A stretch of 64,000 nucleotides of DNA. It comes from Lepidodermella squamata (taxonomy: Eukaryota > Animalia > Gastrotricha). A program made the translations under genes and the position numbers. Shown here piece by piece: positions 43,188 through 54,276 of this stretch. Every line of letters starts with the position of its first letter. Position 1 is the first letter of the stretch. The notes under the pieces are model-generated. The model was not told the origin of the DNA. It saw nothing but the letters and a program-made list of their open reading frames with translations, and did no database searches. The stretch is from positions 62,001-126,000 of the forward strand of contig JBLDXI010000001.1 of NCBI GenBank assembly GCA_047495785.1, read 5' to 3'.

Positions 43188-45487
43188 ATGACAGCAAACA
43201 TCTCTGTTGAACAAATCTACGCAGATTACGAAACGTTATCGAAAGCCGAAAAGGCTGACATGCCGAAGGTGAGTGATACATTTCAAATCAGGATTGATCT
43301 GTCTAATTATTGTCATTTTTCATTAGCATGTTGGTCTTTATCGGAATTTTATGGCTGCGCTGAAAGGAGGCGTACAAGAGCGTCGCTTGGCTGCCCAGTT
43401 TTTGTCGAAGTTTCTGCCAAATTTTCCCGAACTTGCTGACGAAGTTGTCAATTGCTTGATCGATTTGCTTGAAAACGAAGACATTTTGGTAAGACTGGCC
43501 GTAGCCTTTGGGGCAGCCATTGATGAAGTTTTTTGTTTCATCTAGATTCGGAAACAAGGTGTCATTGATTTATCCGCGTGTTGCAAGGCCAACCATCAGC
43601 TTTGCGCGAAGGTTGCCGACGTCTTCGCTCAGCTGCTCGTCACGAATGACGCTGGCGAGAGGACTTTGGTCTCGAACAGCTTATTAGGGCTTTTTAAGCT
43701 GGATGCTAAGGGCACACTGAACGGCTTGTTCACGCAGATCTTCTCCGGCGACGACGAGGTGCGCCACAACACGATCAAGTTCGTGAGCCAGAAGCTGGCG
43801 ACCCTGCCGGCCGAGACGTGGAAGGGCGAATTGGAGCAGCTCATGATCGAGTACTGCAACAAGGCGATCCTCGGCGACTGCACGCTCGACGAGTTCGTCG
43901 GCCTCGTGAAAGCCCTGGCGGCGATGCCGTCGCTCAGCAACCTGCAAGGCCGGCAACAGCTCGTCGAAACAATCGCAGACGTCGCCAACCTCGCGCAGCC
44001 GTTCAACCCCTCCGACCGCGAGCTCGTCGTCCGCGTCTTGCAGTGCACCCGCCAGGCCCTGGCGCTCTTCTCGAAGAACGTGCCGTCGAACCGTTTCGCC
44101 GTCTACATTTTGCTCAACGTGCTGCCCGCCCTGCCGCGCACCGAACCAGTAAGCGACGACGCGGTTGAATTCTCGAAACTGGCGGCCGATCTGACGACGC
44201 ACCTCGGCCCGGTTGCCGCCGACCAGTTGACCCCGTTGCTTGATGCCGTCTACGCCGCTGTGATCGCCCACTTGCCGATGCCCTCAGCGCCCCCGGCGAC
44301 TGAAACTGTAGTCGAAGGCGATGGCGCCGCTGCCACCGAGAAGCCGGCGGAAGTTCAGGTTGAGGCTGACGAGAAACTTCATTACACCCAGGTAAGCTCT
44401 TATTTTCCAACTTGAGGCTGGAGAATACCGTGAAGTCGCTCAATAATTGAGCATAGTCGAAATTCCAGTGGAAATTAAGAAAATAGAACATTTCTTCTCA
44501 AACTGGGGTCGCCTGAAAACTTGGGTTAATGTAAAGATGGCATAGGTATCTTTCGATCCATTTTTAGAAAATATTCGAAAATGGCGCCCGTTAACAATTT
44601 ATTCGACTATAAACGCGGCTATCAATCCAATCGTGCTAATTCAAAAAATTACTGTAGATTTGAAGGATGGTGGATATTTTAATACTCAAAATTCCATTCA
44701 AAAAGGCGGAATTTTTGGAACTTGGAGCTCTTTTTCTAAGCGGAAGAATCGATTAAAAAGGGGACATATTTTACTTCGCAGGGGTTGGAGCCTGATTGGA
44801 ATTTCATTTTTGGGTCGCCAAGTGTTTTATTTTGAGCAGTCCTAATATAGACTCTGAATGCCGTGACCATTTATTCAAATTTTCAAGAATATTTTCTATT
44901 GGTATCAGTTAAAACGAATTCGCAATTATTTGATTTGTCACTGAGCTATTGATTTTAATGACATCTTTATTTTGCAGGCCGAGTGCTTGCTGTACCTACT
45001 GCACAAGTTGGGTTCGCGGCAGCCGGCGTTTTTCAGCGCCGAAAAGACAGCGGCGTTGAAGCCCCGCCTGCAGTACTTTGCCCAGCGCAACCAGCATGCG
45101 ATGAAGCAGCTGAAAGCGGCGCTGACGGGCAAGAAGCCGGCCGAGATCGAGGCGGACGACGGGCTGCACGTCAAGCAGCTGGCACTGCGGACGACGACCA
45201 ACATCCACGCGCTCATCATCGACCTGTTGCATGTGCCGCCGAGTTTCAAGGCCACGGTCACGCTGTCGTGGCGCCAGACCGCGGCGGACAACAACGACGA
45301 AAAGCCAGCGGATAAGCACCAGGCGAAGAACGGCGGCGGCCAGCACCACGACGGCGGCGATGCGAAGCGCCCGCGATTCAACCAGCAACAGCAGCAGCAA
45401 AATCGCGGCCAGCAACAGTCGGGCGGCGGTGGCGGCGGCAATCGGAACTGGCGCGGCGGCCGAGGCGGCGGCAATCGTCGGTTTTAA
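43188..45487 (+). CDS. API5: Apoptosis inhibitor 5
   Basis: Exons 43188-43268, 43327-43488, 43546-44391 and 44978-45487. Motifs ERRLAAQFLSKFLPNFPELA, DLLENEDILIRKQ, ECLLYLLHKLG, RLQYFA, ALRTTTNIHALIIDLLHVPPSFK, and an RGG tail. Confidence 0.93.
44489..44843. mobile_element. Degraded hAT-like MITE in API5 intron 3
   Basis: Left end ttctcaaactggggtcgcc and right end gggtcgcc...tttgagc resemble the usual hAT MITE terminal and subterminal layout. TIRs are decayed and no TSD was found. Confidence 0.3.
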
Positions 45488-45750
45488 CGCAATAACATGA
45501 CGAAATCTAGTCTCGATTCAAAATCACATCGTGATGTTGACAGCTTTTTTTCGTTTTCTGTGTCTATCTCCCCTCTCCTGTGTGTGTCGTACTACGGTTT
45601 TGCTCAGCATCGAAGAGTTGTGCGCTTCGTGCCTTATTCACCATATGCAATACGGGCGCGCTGCTGTGAAATCTTCATTTTTCTAGCCATTAAAACTTTG
45701 TCTAAACATTCGCCTTTCTTCACTCCCTAGGTTTTCTTAATTAAAAAGCT

Positions 45751-46609
45751 ATGCAGCGATTGTTCGGTAGCTCTAAACCGAAAGCACCGCCACCGGATTT
45801 GACGGAATGCGTCGGCAATCTGGAATCGCGAACAGAGACGGTCGAGAAGAAGATTGCCCGTCTCGATGGCGAGTTGGCGAAGTACAAGGACCAGCTGAGT
45901 AAGATGCGCGAAGGTCCGGCGAAAAACGCCGTCAAGCAAAAGGCACTGCGAGTTCTGCAGCAGAAGAAAGTTTACGAAGGGCAACGCGACAATCTGTCGA
46001 ACCAAGCCTTCAATATGGAGCAAGCTGCCTACTCGATTCAAAGCCTTAAGGATACGAAATCAACGGTAAGCTTCGATCAAGATTTCCCACCTTGGCTTAT
46101 CTTATCGATTTCGTTTGCCTTTTTGTACCAAAACAGGTCGATGCAATGAAGATGGGCGTGAAGCAATTTAAGCAGGAGTACAAAAAGATCAACATCGACC
46201 AGATCGAATCTTTGCAGGTAGGCTTGCTGTGCCAGCATCGATTTCCTATATTTAATGCCTTCTCCTACTTTCACAGGACGACATGGCGGATTTGCTTGAG
46301 CAAACCGATGAGATCCAGCAGATCCTCGGCCAGAACTACGCCGTGCCTGACGTGGACGAGGCTGATTTGGACGCCGAGTTGGCGGCGCTGGGCGACGAAC
46401 TCGAGGCTGATACGAGTGCCTCGTATCTCGACGAGGCGCTCAGCCAACCGACACCCATTGCCATCGGCGGTGGGGGCGCTGGCGGCGGTGGTCCGTCGGG
46501 TGGTGTCCGCGAACCAGCCGCGCCAATCGCTGTACCAGCCGGCGGCGGGTCGTCTCGGGGTGGCGCTGTTGCCGTCGACGAATTCGGCTTGCCACAAATT
46601 GCGAAATGA
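45751..46609 (+). CDS. CHMP5: ESCRT-III subunit CHMP5/Vps60
   Basis: Exons 45751-46065, 46137-46217 and 46277-46609. [17 protein letters not shown]...[15 protein letters not shown]...QAFNMEQA...VDEFGLPQI. Confidence 0.96.
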
Positions 46610-47112
46610 AATCGCTGTATAGATAACACCACCCCAGCTTGAATTTTGCGAAAGTTTGTAATTTTAAAAGCTATTGTTTTCTCGGCAATGCTTCTCTCGT
46701 TGAATTAACCGAGTAAAGTTATTATTGTAATTATTTGTTACGATGCTGCGGCTTGCTAAAAAAATATTAATTAATAAAACGCTGCGATTTTTCTCTTTTT
46801 ATTCCTGCTTTCTTATCACTTACGACTAAAAAATGAACTCAGTTTTAAAAGTTCTGGGTCCATATCGTTTTATTTACAGAATTGCGTTGCTTAGATAAAA
46901 GAGATCTTCAACTTTAAGACTAGATTTTTTCATCAAAACCGACCGCTCATCATTGTGTATAAATTAAATACGAATCATCATCACAGTTTCGCGTAGTCAT
47001 CTGCGGAATAATCAGATAGAAATTACATTTTTCAAGGACTAATTTGATATCGATGATGTACACCAAAAGTAAATAAGCAATCGAGACAATGTATACAGTT
47101 TCAAGGTGGATG

Positions 47113-47454
47113 TTACTGGCGGTCCATGACGCCGCCGTCGAGTGCGTTAACTTCACGCGCCGCCTGTATCAGTACGCAACACGAACACCAGTAAGATAGG
47201 CAGCAGTCATTCATGAAGGAGCCTTCGATGCCCTTGGCCTGGCGAATCTTCTCTCGCATAACAGCCATTTGGTAGACGGTCCAGCAGCACAGGCCGAGCT
47301 CGACGGTCCAGAAGAAGAAGCAGCAGCATTTCATGTAATCCTCGCCCTGTGTCGCGTACGTCTTGCCGTAGGTGATGCACGGGCACCAGTAGGTGATGCA
47401 CAGCGCCTTGCAGTCGCTGCAGCACGAGCACAAACCGTTTGACCACTGAGCCAT
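47113..47454 (-). CDS. PLAC8/cornifelin-family cysteine-rich protein
   Basis: WSNGLCSCCSD, CITYWCPCITYG, REKIRQAKGIEGSFMNDCC and CVLIQAAREV are PLAC8-domain motifs. Confidence 0.92.
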   Translation of the reverse strand: MAQWSNGLCSCCSDCKALCITYWCPCITYGKTYATQGEDYMKCCCFFFWTVELGLCCWTVYQMAVMREKIRQAKGIEGSFMNDCCLSYWCSCCVLIQAAREVNALDGGVMDRQ

Positions 47455-49175
47455 TTTTTAAGTTTGTTGGGGTTGGTTAATTAATTCGAAAGTCTATTAA
47501 CAACGATCGGCCTATCGCTGAACAAAATAAAACAATAATTATTATACGATTTTTGGAAAACGATTCGATGGTTATTTGAAAAAAATCAGCACATGCTTTG
47601 ATGAAAAATCGCGGTCACGCAAAAAAGCCGCTATCCGTGAGAGTGCCTCCTCGAGTAATTTATATAAGGTATAGGCTGGCGCTTATTATTATCCGCGCCC
47701 AAGAGGAAGAAGGTGTTTCTATTGTGCGGCTACTATAGGAATCGACTGAGGAATTTCGGTGCAAAAAGCGCACGAGATTCGTGTTATAGTACTGTGCCGC
47801 TTGGCAGGAAGTTTTGGGGTCTTTATAAGCGTCGTTATGCTTCTCCATGGTCGTCCATCCTTTTGTCGTCGCGATGCCATGGCATGCATAGCAACGCTGT
47901 TACTAGGCGTATTGCCAACATCACAGGCGGCAGTCGATTGATTGAAAAAGCGCGATGCATTGGGCAGTTGGCGCGCGTGAGCCCGTACACACCGGCGCCG
48001 CTTTGCACCTGAGCGCAAACAGCGGCGCGTAGGCCATCGATAGTCGCCAATCGAAAAAGTGCATTTATAATTGCTGTGCATGTTTTTTATTCGCTTTTAA
48101 ATGACGGCAAATCGTTATTAGACTGTTGTTCGTCGCCGTCGTTGTTTTCTCATTGCCATGAGCGACCAAAATCGTTATTTCGCTCTAATTATACAGAGGC
48201 CCATGGCAATCGATTGTACCGGCAAGAATAACGAAGCGTTTTGGCATCGGAGGCGAAAAATAGGTAGATCAATCGATCGATCGCAAGGGAATCGCTACCC
48301 CGCTGGGAAAAGTTGTAATTAAAGCAAAAGCATACGCTGCAACCAAGTTCAGCCCATGATATGCATAATTCACACAAAAACACGGTGTCCTTCAAACGGG
48401 TATTCATGAAGTACGTTATACATTTCCAGTAAGTATAGGCTGCGCTAACTAACGCTGAAAGAGTGGCGCAATGCTGATTGAGGTTCTTGCTTTGGCTCAA
48501 GGGCACTTTAAAATATCCTAGGCAGTATATTTTTTCCGACTGAATATCCGATCGTCTAATATAGGCCAATTTTCCAAAAAGGAAAACAAAACACATTGAA
48601 AGCCTTGACATCTTTTACCTGGAAGTTGTAATGATTAGAACGCTAGACAGGTTTCACTTGGGTTACGGTTAACTTGCACACTGGATAGATACCTAAACTA
48701 ATTTTATCATTGATTTTCTATGAAAAGAGATTAAGAATATTGGAAACGAAACGAATGCCCAATGATCCGGGAATCATGGGACCAGATTTTCTTGCACTAG
48801 CTGCCAGCAGCGATAGACCCCAGTAATGGATGTAAAAAGTTACAAGCCGTTTTTAAGCGTAGCTTCTAGGGTGGAGGAAACGTCTGTTAAGTGAACTGCG
48901 AGAAAACCGAAAATATTTGAGGTTCTTGAAAAATCCTGATGCAACTTGGCTTCAGTAATCCCGGCGTTGACGCAGAGCAATGCATGGTTATTATTGGCGC
49001 GTTCCTTGGCGAATTAAACGAGTTTTGCTTTACGTCTTGGGAAGAAATTGAACTCCTGCTTTGAAAAATTTGGAAACCAGGTTTTTACTAGTTTGTACCC
49101 GGTAGCGCGCTTGAAGATTGCTTTTTGGCGATGATTTTAATTGTGCGGATGAGCATACCGCACAAGACTGTGAAT

Positions 49176-49262
49176 GGATGATGCTTCCGCCACGCCGTCA
49201 ACGGGTGATGCTTCCACTACGCCGTCAACGGATGATCCTCCCACTACGCCGTCAACGGATGA
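49176..49262 (+). repeat. 27-bp tandem repeat x3 (encodes D/GDxxxTPST)
   Basis: ggatgatgcttccgccacgccgtcaac / gggtgatgcttccactacgccgtcaac / ggatgatcctcccactacgccgtcaac. Confidence 0.9.
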
Positions 49263-49342
49263 CCTTGGTCTAATTATTTCGATTGTGGTTCCAATAGGTG
49301 TTGTGGTGTTTGTGGCAGCCAGTGCTACAGTAGGCTTCTTAG

Positions 49343-50105
49343 CCCTTTCACGGCGGAATTTTTTTTCAGCCAAGCAAAAAAATCGAATTTTTTTAATTTC
49401 CAGCAAATTAAGGAAGGAATCGGAAAATCGGCAACCACATGCTATTCTAAGGCCAGATGGGCAGACCGCCATAACAGCGAATACCCGAAACAGCGAACAC
49501 GACAAAACAGCGAAAAATCTAATTTGCGACATAACAGCGATTGTAATATAGGACATTACACAGCATTTTGGGGAGGATTTTTCGCTGTTTCGTCGCTTTC
49601 GCTGTTATGTCGGTTTCGCTGTTCTGCGCATTCGCTACCGCCAGACGTCCTACCGCCAGATGCGCATATTTCCCATCAGTTACTGGTTTCACTGAAATTT
49701 TCAATCCCGCTATTTTTTCAAAAATAGATTCATCCGGATGAATTCATAGAAATCGTCAGCCAGGCTATTGTGCTTTCAGTTTTTGATGGAATTTCGAAAA
49801 AACTAAATGGGTAGTCAATTAGACCCTGCCGGACACGCCTGTGAAGTCCGATGGACCAGGAATAATACCCAAGACATCGTTTTACTTGATTGAAAAAAAA
49901 ATAAGAAAAACGTGCGTCGGTTTGAAATTTTAAAATTGATCGTATTCCGAGAGGGGAAGAGATAACTAAATTCGACTTTCGGATTCTTGTAGGCAACATC
50001 CGAAAGTAGTATTTTGCCAATTATGATGGAAAAATTCGTTAAATTGATGGAACTGTGAATTAGCAAAGCCGAAATTCCGAAATCGTCCTTCCCGCCGTGA
50101 AAGGG
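49343..50105. mobile_element. Non-autonomous piggyBac-like element, 763 bp
   Basis: Perfect 14-bp TIRs CCCTTTCACGGCGG (49343-49356) and CCGCCGTGAAAGGG (50092-50105). Flanks are TTAG (49339-49342) and TTAA (50106-50109), i.e. a TTAA TSD with one substitution. Confidence 0.8.
49460..49654. mobile_element. Nested foldback/Merlin-like MITE built from AACAGCGA units
   Basis: 8-bp direct repeat GCCAGATG at 49452-49459 and 49655-49662, with GG...CC termini. Four AACAGCGA units are followed by three inverted TCGCTGTT units; cgacataacagcga/tcgctgttatgtcg is a perfect 14-bp inversion. Confidence 0.7.
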
Positions 50106-50605
50106 TTAACTTTCAAGTATTGCCATAAACCTCGGCCGATGGATCCATTTTCTAATTCGATGGTACTCAAATCTTTTTATATGAGCGGCTTGCCTCGAAA
50201 TTACGAACTCGCTCCCACTCCAGAGCAGGCATAACCTAATTTTCAACTTGAAAGACGCGATTCAATACCACTCAGTATATTAGCACCTGTGCACTTCTTG
50301 TGGCTTCGCATTGCTCATAACTCATTTTTGAATGGCTGATTATAACGGTACGGGAGATGAATGCAATAAAACTCATGCTTTCTTCAGTGTTTTACTGTTG
50401 TTTTCTGCATTGGCTTCAAAACAGAAGATGGTTCAGACTAAGTATATGTTACTATCACATTCGCTGAAATACGTGATACAGAAACATGAAATGCACGTGC
50501 TTCAAAAATTTAACGTGTTTTATCACAGAATTTAGTAGGGTAAAACAGAAAAAATCAGCGGTCTTTTGATGATTTGAGCGTTCTTCTGGAATCTGGAATC
50601 TTCAA

Positions 50606-51008
50606 TTACGCAACTTGGACCACAGGAGTAGCCATGGCCATCGACTCATTCGCAGCCTTCACTTCTTCAGCCTCAGCATCCAAGTCTTTGTTTTCGTCGA
50701 TCAATTGCTTCAACTCTTCGTAGGCGATTCGCAATCGATTGCGACAGTCAGGAATAACGGCGAGGGTTTCTTTCGTCATTTCCTCTTGTTTTCGAATGTC
50801 GTACTCGTCCTTGCCTTCAGCTTTCATCTTCTCCACGCGCGCTTGCATTTGCTGCGCCTCTTTTTCGTAAGAAGCTGTCTCTTTAACCAACCTGAAAAAT
50901 TCGACTTGAAATTTTAATATTCCTCCTTAACAGTGTGTGTATCGCCAACCTTTTGACGACTCCTGCTTTGATGCGAAGCGCCTTGAGCGCGTCTTTATTT
51001 GCAGCCAT
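50606..51008 (-). CDS. TBCA: Tubulin-specific chaperone A
   Basis: Exons 51008-50950 and 50891-50606. ALRIKAGVVKRLVKETASYEKE...DEYDIRKQEE...IPDCRNRL. Confidence 0.95.
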
Positions 51009-51318
51009 TTAAAATAAGCCTAAATTAAAGGAAACACATCTTGAGCCACCATTGCATTCTTGATTGAATAGTGTAATAAATTCGAATTTTCGAAAAAGCG
51101 CAATCCAACTAGACCAGCTAAGCCGTGTGTAAAAAGAACAAACCGGGGTAGTAATAAGGTGTTTTGTACAAGAGCTCGTTAATTTAACGCCTTTCAAGGT
51201 AAACAATCGGAATGAGACAACAAAAATTCGATCGGAAAATTCGTCTTCAAGGAAAAGATGACGCTAAAGGCAAGAGACCGTATGGAAACTAGATCAGCAG
51301 ATTCATTAATTCAAATGT

Positions 51319-52827
51319 TCATTTCGTCCCATGCTTTCTGCCCGTACTGCCAGCAGTAGACGGCCGACTCGACGGGGCTTGATATCGCACCGCATGGACA
51401 TTCATAGACTGGGCGGCCGGGTTAACGGTCGAACCTGGTAAAGTCGATCCGGTTGTATTAGTTCTCCGAACAGGGGCCTAAAAAATGAGAAAATAAATTA
51501 TGAAGAATAGCGATGTATCAATTCTAAATACCTGACTAGCTGCTGCTGGAGCTACAGATGCTCTCATCATTGCACTTGGAGCTGCCATTTTATTAGGTAA
51601 AACGACGCCAATACTCTGTTTCCGTGACACGGTGTTGGCTGGGGCAGGGGCTGTTGAACTCCTTGAGTCTTTCGTAAATGTGCCAGCCCGCGTCAACGGC
51701 ACAGGCGGGGCTAGCATGTCCCCGGCGTGTTCACCCGGGCGAGACGAATTCGACGCTAGACTAGACATAGAACCGACCAATGACGAATTCGAGCCAGCCT
51801 GTTGTTGGGCAGCAGGTCCCGCTGAGTACACCTTAGGTTGCATTAATCGCGAGGAAAACGAAGGAGCTGGAAGGCCAGACGCAGGTCTTGCGATTCCTGT
51901 CGGGCGAGGTTCTAGATGCTGAGCTGGTGCTTGATTCTGATGCGCCAACGCCGGCACCTGTTCAGCCGAAGAGCTGCTAGTCATCGTCTCAGGTAGCCCA
52001 CATGACAAACTCTCGCTTTCATCATCGCTCTCTGCGGCAAATTTCGTCACTGTTTGCTCCATAACATTGCCATTTTGCTTCATCAGAAGTAGATCAGCTT
52101 TCGTGAAAGTTCGATTCAATTTTTCACCCTTCCCATCCAAAGTAGGCGCGGGAGGGCTGATATCGGTATTTCCATCAGGTTCGTCACAAGAAGTAGTAAT
52201 TATCATTGTTGAAGACGCGGCAGCTACGCCAGTGTCTAAACTCATTGTTTGATTGTGAGCAGAAAAATTGCGGCGACAAGCTTCAACTTGTTCGCGGTTA
52301 TGCTTTGTGATCGTCATCGTCAGCGATTGACCAATTGCACCAAGTGATGGGGTCGAGTGGGTAGGCACATTGCCCACTGACGGGAATATATTTACCGACG
52401 GACTCATAGGAACAGGCTGGATACCCGCCGTGCTGAATGAAGGCAATGATGGGGTGTTGTGGAATGATAACTTCGGAGGACTCCTGGTTTGGAAAGTAGC
52501 AGTGGCTTCCGAGCCGAAATGGCGATGTAAATGATTCGAGTCGTGCTTATTTGTGATATCCGTCACGCCAAAACTGGGCGTGCCTTTCGGACGAGGGTTG
52601 AGAGGAACATGCAGCTCGAAAACTGCGCTTTTCTTCAGCTGATCGACTGGAATACCGCTAAGCTCTGATATGTAATCATATGTGTAGCGCTTCGTTGCAG
52701 GAATAGAGGTCAAATCCAAGAGAGCAGTTTTTACTTGAGGCACAGTTTCTATAAGACGGTCAAAACTGTCCTCGGCTGGCAAAATATATATATCGTCATT
52801 TGTTAATAAAGCAGCAGTCATTTGCAT
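51319..52827 (-). CDS. Uncharacterised S/T/P-rich, largely disordered protein (possibly microtubule-associated)
   Basis: Long open exon 52827-51532, intron 51531-51478 and last exon 51477-51319. Contains LNRTFTK/RAGTFTK repeats and SxIP-like TGIA/SGLP motifs. The start is uncertain (acceptor at 52840). Confidence 0.7.
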
Positions 52828-53887
52828 GATTGAGAGCACCTACAAAGCACGGAAAATACAAATGGAATATTCGAGAGATGAGTCCTTCCTGTAGGAACCT
52901 AGAAGACACGGTTTACGATTTTAACAAATATCTTCTGCCCCTAGTTTGCTGTTGTAGGAACGGTGCCAGGTTCCAGGTTTCGTGTTTCGGAGGTTAGACG
53001 GGAGCTAAAACCTTAGAAAAAGTTCAGCTGTAGCATGCCCCGAAGAATAATGATGAGTGATTCCAAATAAAGTCATATTCAGCAGAGGACATTTTTGAAA
53101 TTCAACCATGGAGCAGGGAGTTGGGATAGAATCCTACCTACTAATCATCCATGAACCATATACCATTATGGTTTCCTCATCGTTCATCCTCAGCCTCCGG
53201 AAATATAAGGATTTTCTAGGGACTAACGCCACAAGACACTCACGGTACTTGCGGATTTTCCAGCAGGAATGAGTAGCCTAAAGACGCTTAGTAATGCGAT
53301 AGCCAATTACAGTTTTGCGTAGGTGAGGAGGGCGGCGCTTTATTGCCTCTACCATGCAAGTTGCTGAGAGCGCTAAAAGGTTAACTTCACTTGACTCATC
53401 CCGATCGTCCCGATACAGATACAGTAGTGTTATTGTGATTCTCAGAATCAATAATTTGTCGAAATGACCACGGGGTTTCGAAGAAAAAAACAAATAAAGC
53501 ACAGATTATATGCTTGCTTTTCCTTCCGTTGGCTCAAGTTAGTTCGATAATGTTGACTGTTGTTTGTTTACACGGAGGACAGTGAGCAGTGAGTTTCGTT
53601 CAGTTTGCCGTATTATCGAATTGACTCATCCCGCTTACTCATCCGCATACGCGCAAATGCCCGCGCTCTTCAAATATTTGCTATTTTTATAAAGCCACAC
53701 GTATTTTTAAAAATGATACAAAATATATTTAAATGACTCATAAATAAATTTCGGCTATTTCTTTTTTGTATAGTAACTAAAGCGCGCCCTTAGTAACGGT
53801 CCCAGGAAGGCAATCTCGCACTACTTATCTACAAGCTCCGCCTTATCTACAAGATTGAGTCCGTCAGGGCGAGGAGAAATCGTAATT

Positions 53888-53912
53888 CCTGATCCTGATC
53901 CTGATCCTGATC
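53888..53912. repeat. (CCTGAT)4 microsatellite
   Basis: cctgatcctgatcctgatcctgatc. Confidence 0.85.
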
Positions 53913-54276
53913 TTACCATTACTTCACTTGCCAGCAAATATTGATAATAGGTGAAGTTTTGAGATCGAACGATCCTGGCTGTACCAGCGTATTGCTTTAA
54001 CTACCGCCGGTTCCTTAACCTCCCATCATCTCCCAGCCCCATTTTTCGAACTCGTGGGAAAGAGTCAGGCTTAGTGGACGTTTCACGTACCTGAATTTGG
54101 CGGGCCACCCTCCCGTGTTAGGCAAATTTGTGCTCTTTCGGCGAAACATGTGCCTCGGTGAAACAAATAATACCATGCTATCAGCACAAAAATAGCACGT
54201 TCTCAAAATAGCTGAAAATTACCTGCCACCTGCCACCTGTCGTTGTGTTGAAATTAACTTGTTTTATCACTTTTAG

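Larger units (their letters stand above)
49174..50234 (+). pseudogene. Type-I membrane protein remnant (S/T/P-rich stalk, TM helix, short tail) interrupted by a transposon
   Basis: Stalk DDASATPST x3, then TM LGLIISIVVPIGVVVFVAASATVGFL. Deleting 49343-50105 and one TTAA copy restores the frame: TFKYCHKPRPMDPFSN...PTPEQA* (stop 50232-50234). No intact upstream ectodomain exon is visible. Confidence 0.6.

Noticed and set aside
48735-49173. Protein-like reading upstream of the TM remnant, suggesting a recoded or decayed ectodomain
   Set aside because: About 7 stops in ~130 codons is near random expectation, so neither recoding nor homology can be claimed without a search.
49470-49625. CRISPR-like or regulatory array of AACAGCGA repeats
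   Set aside because: Units are 8 bp with ~8-nt spacing, arranged as inverted arms within a TSD-flanked element in a eukaryote; explained as a MITE.
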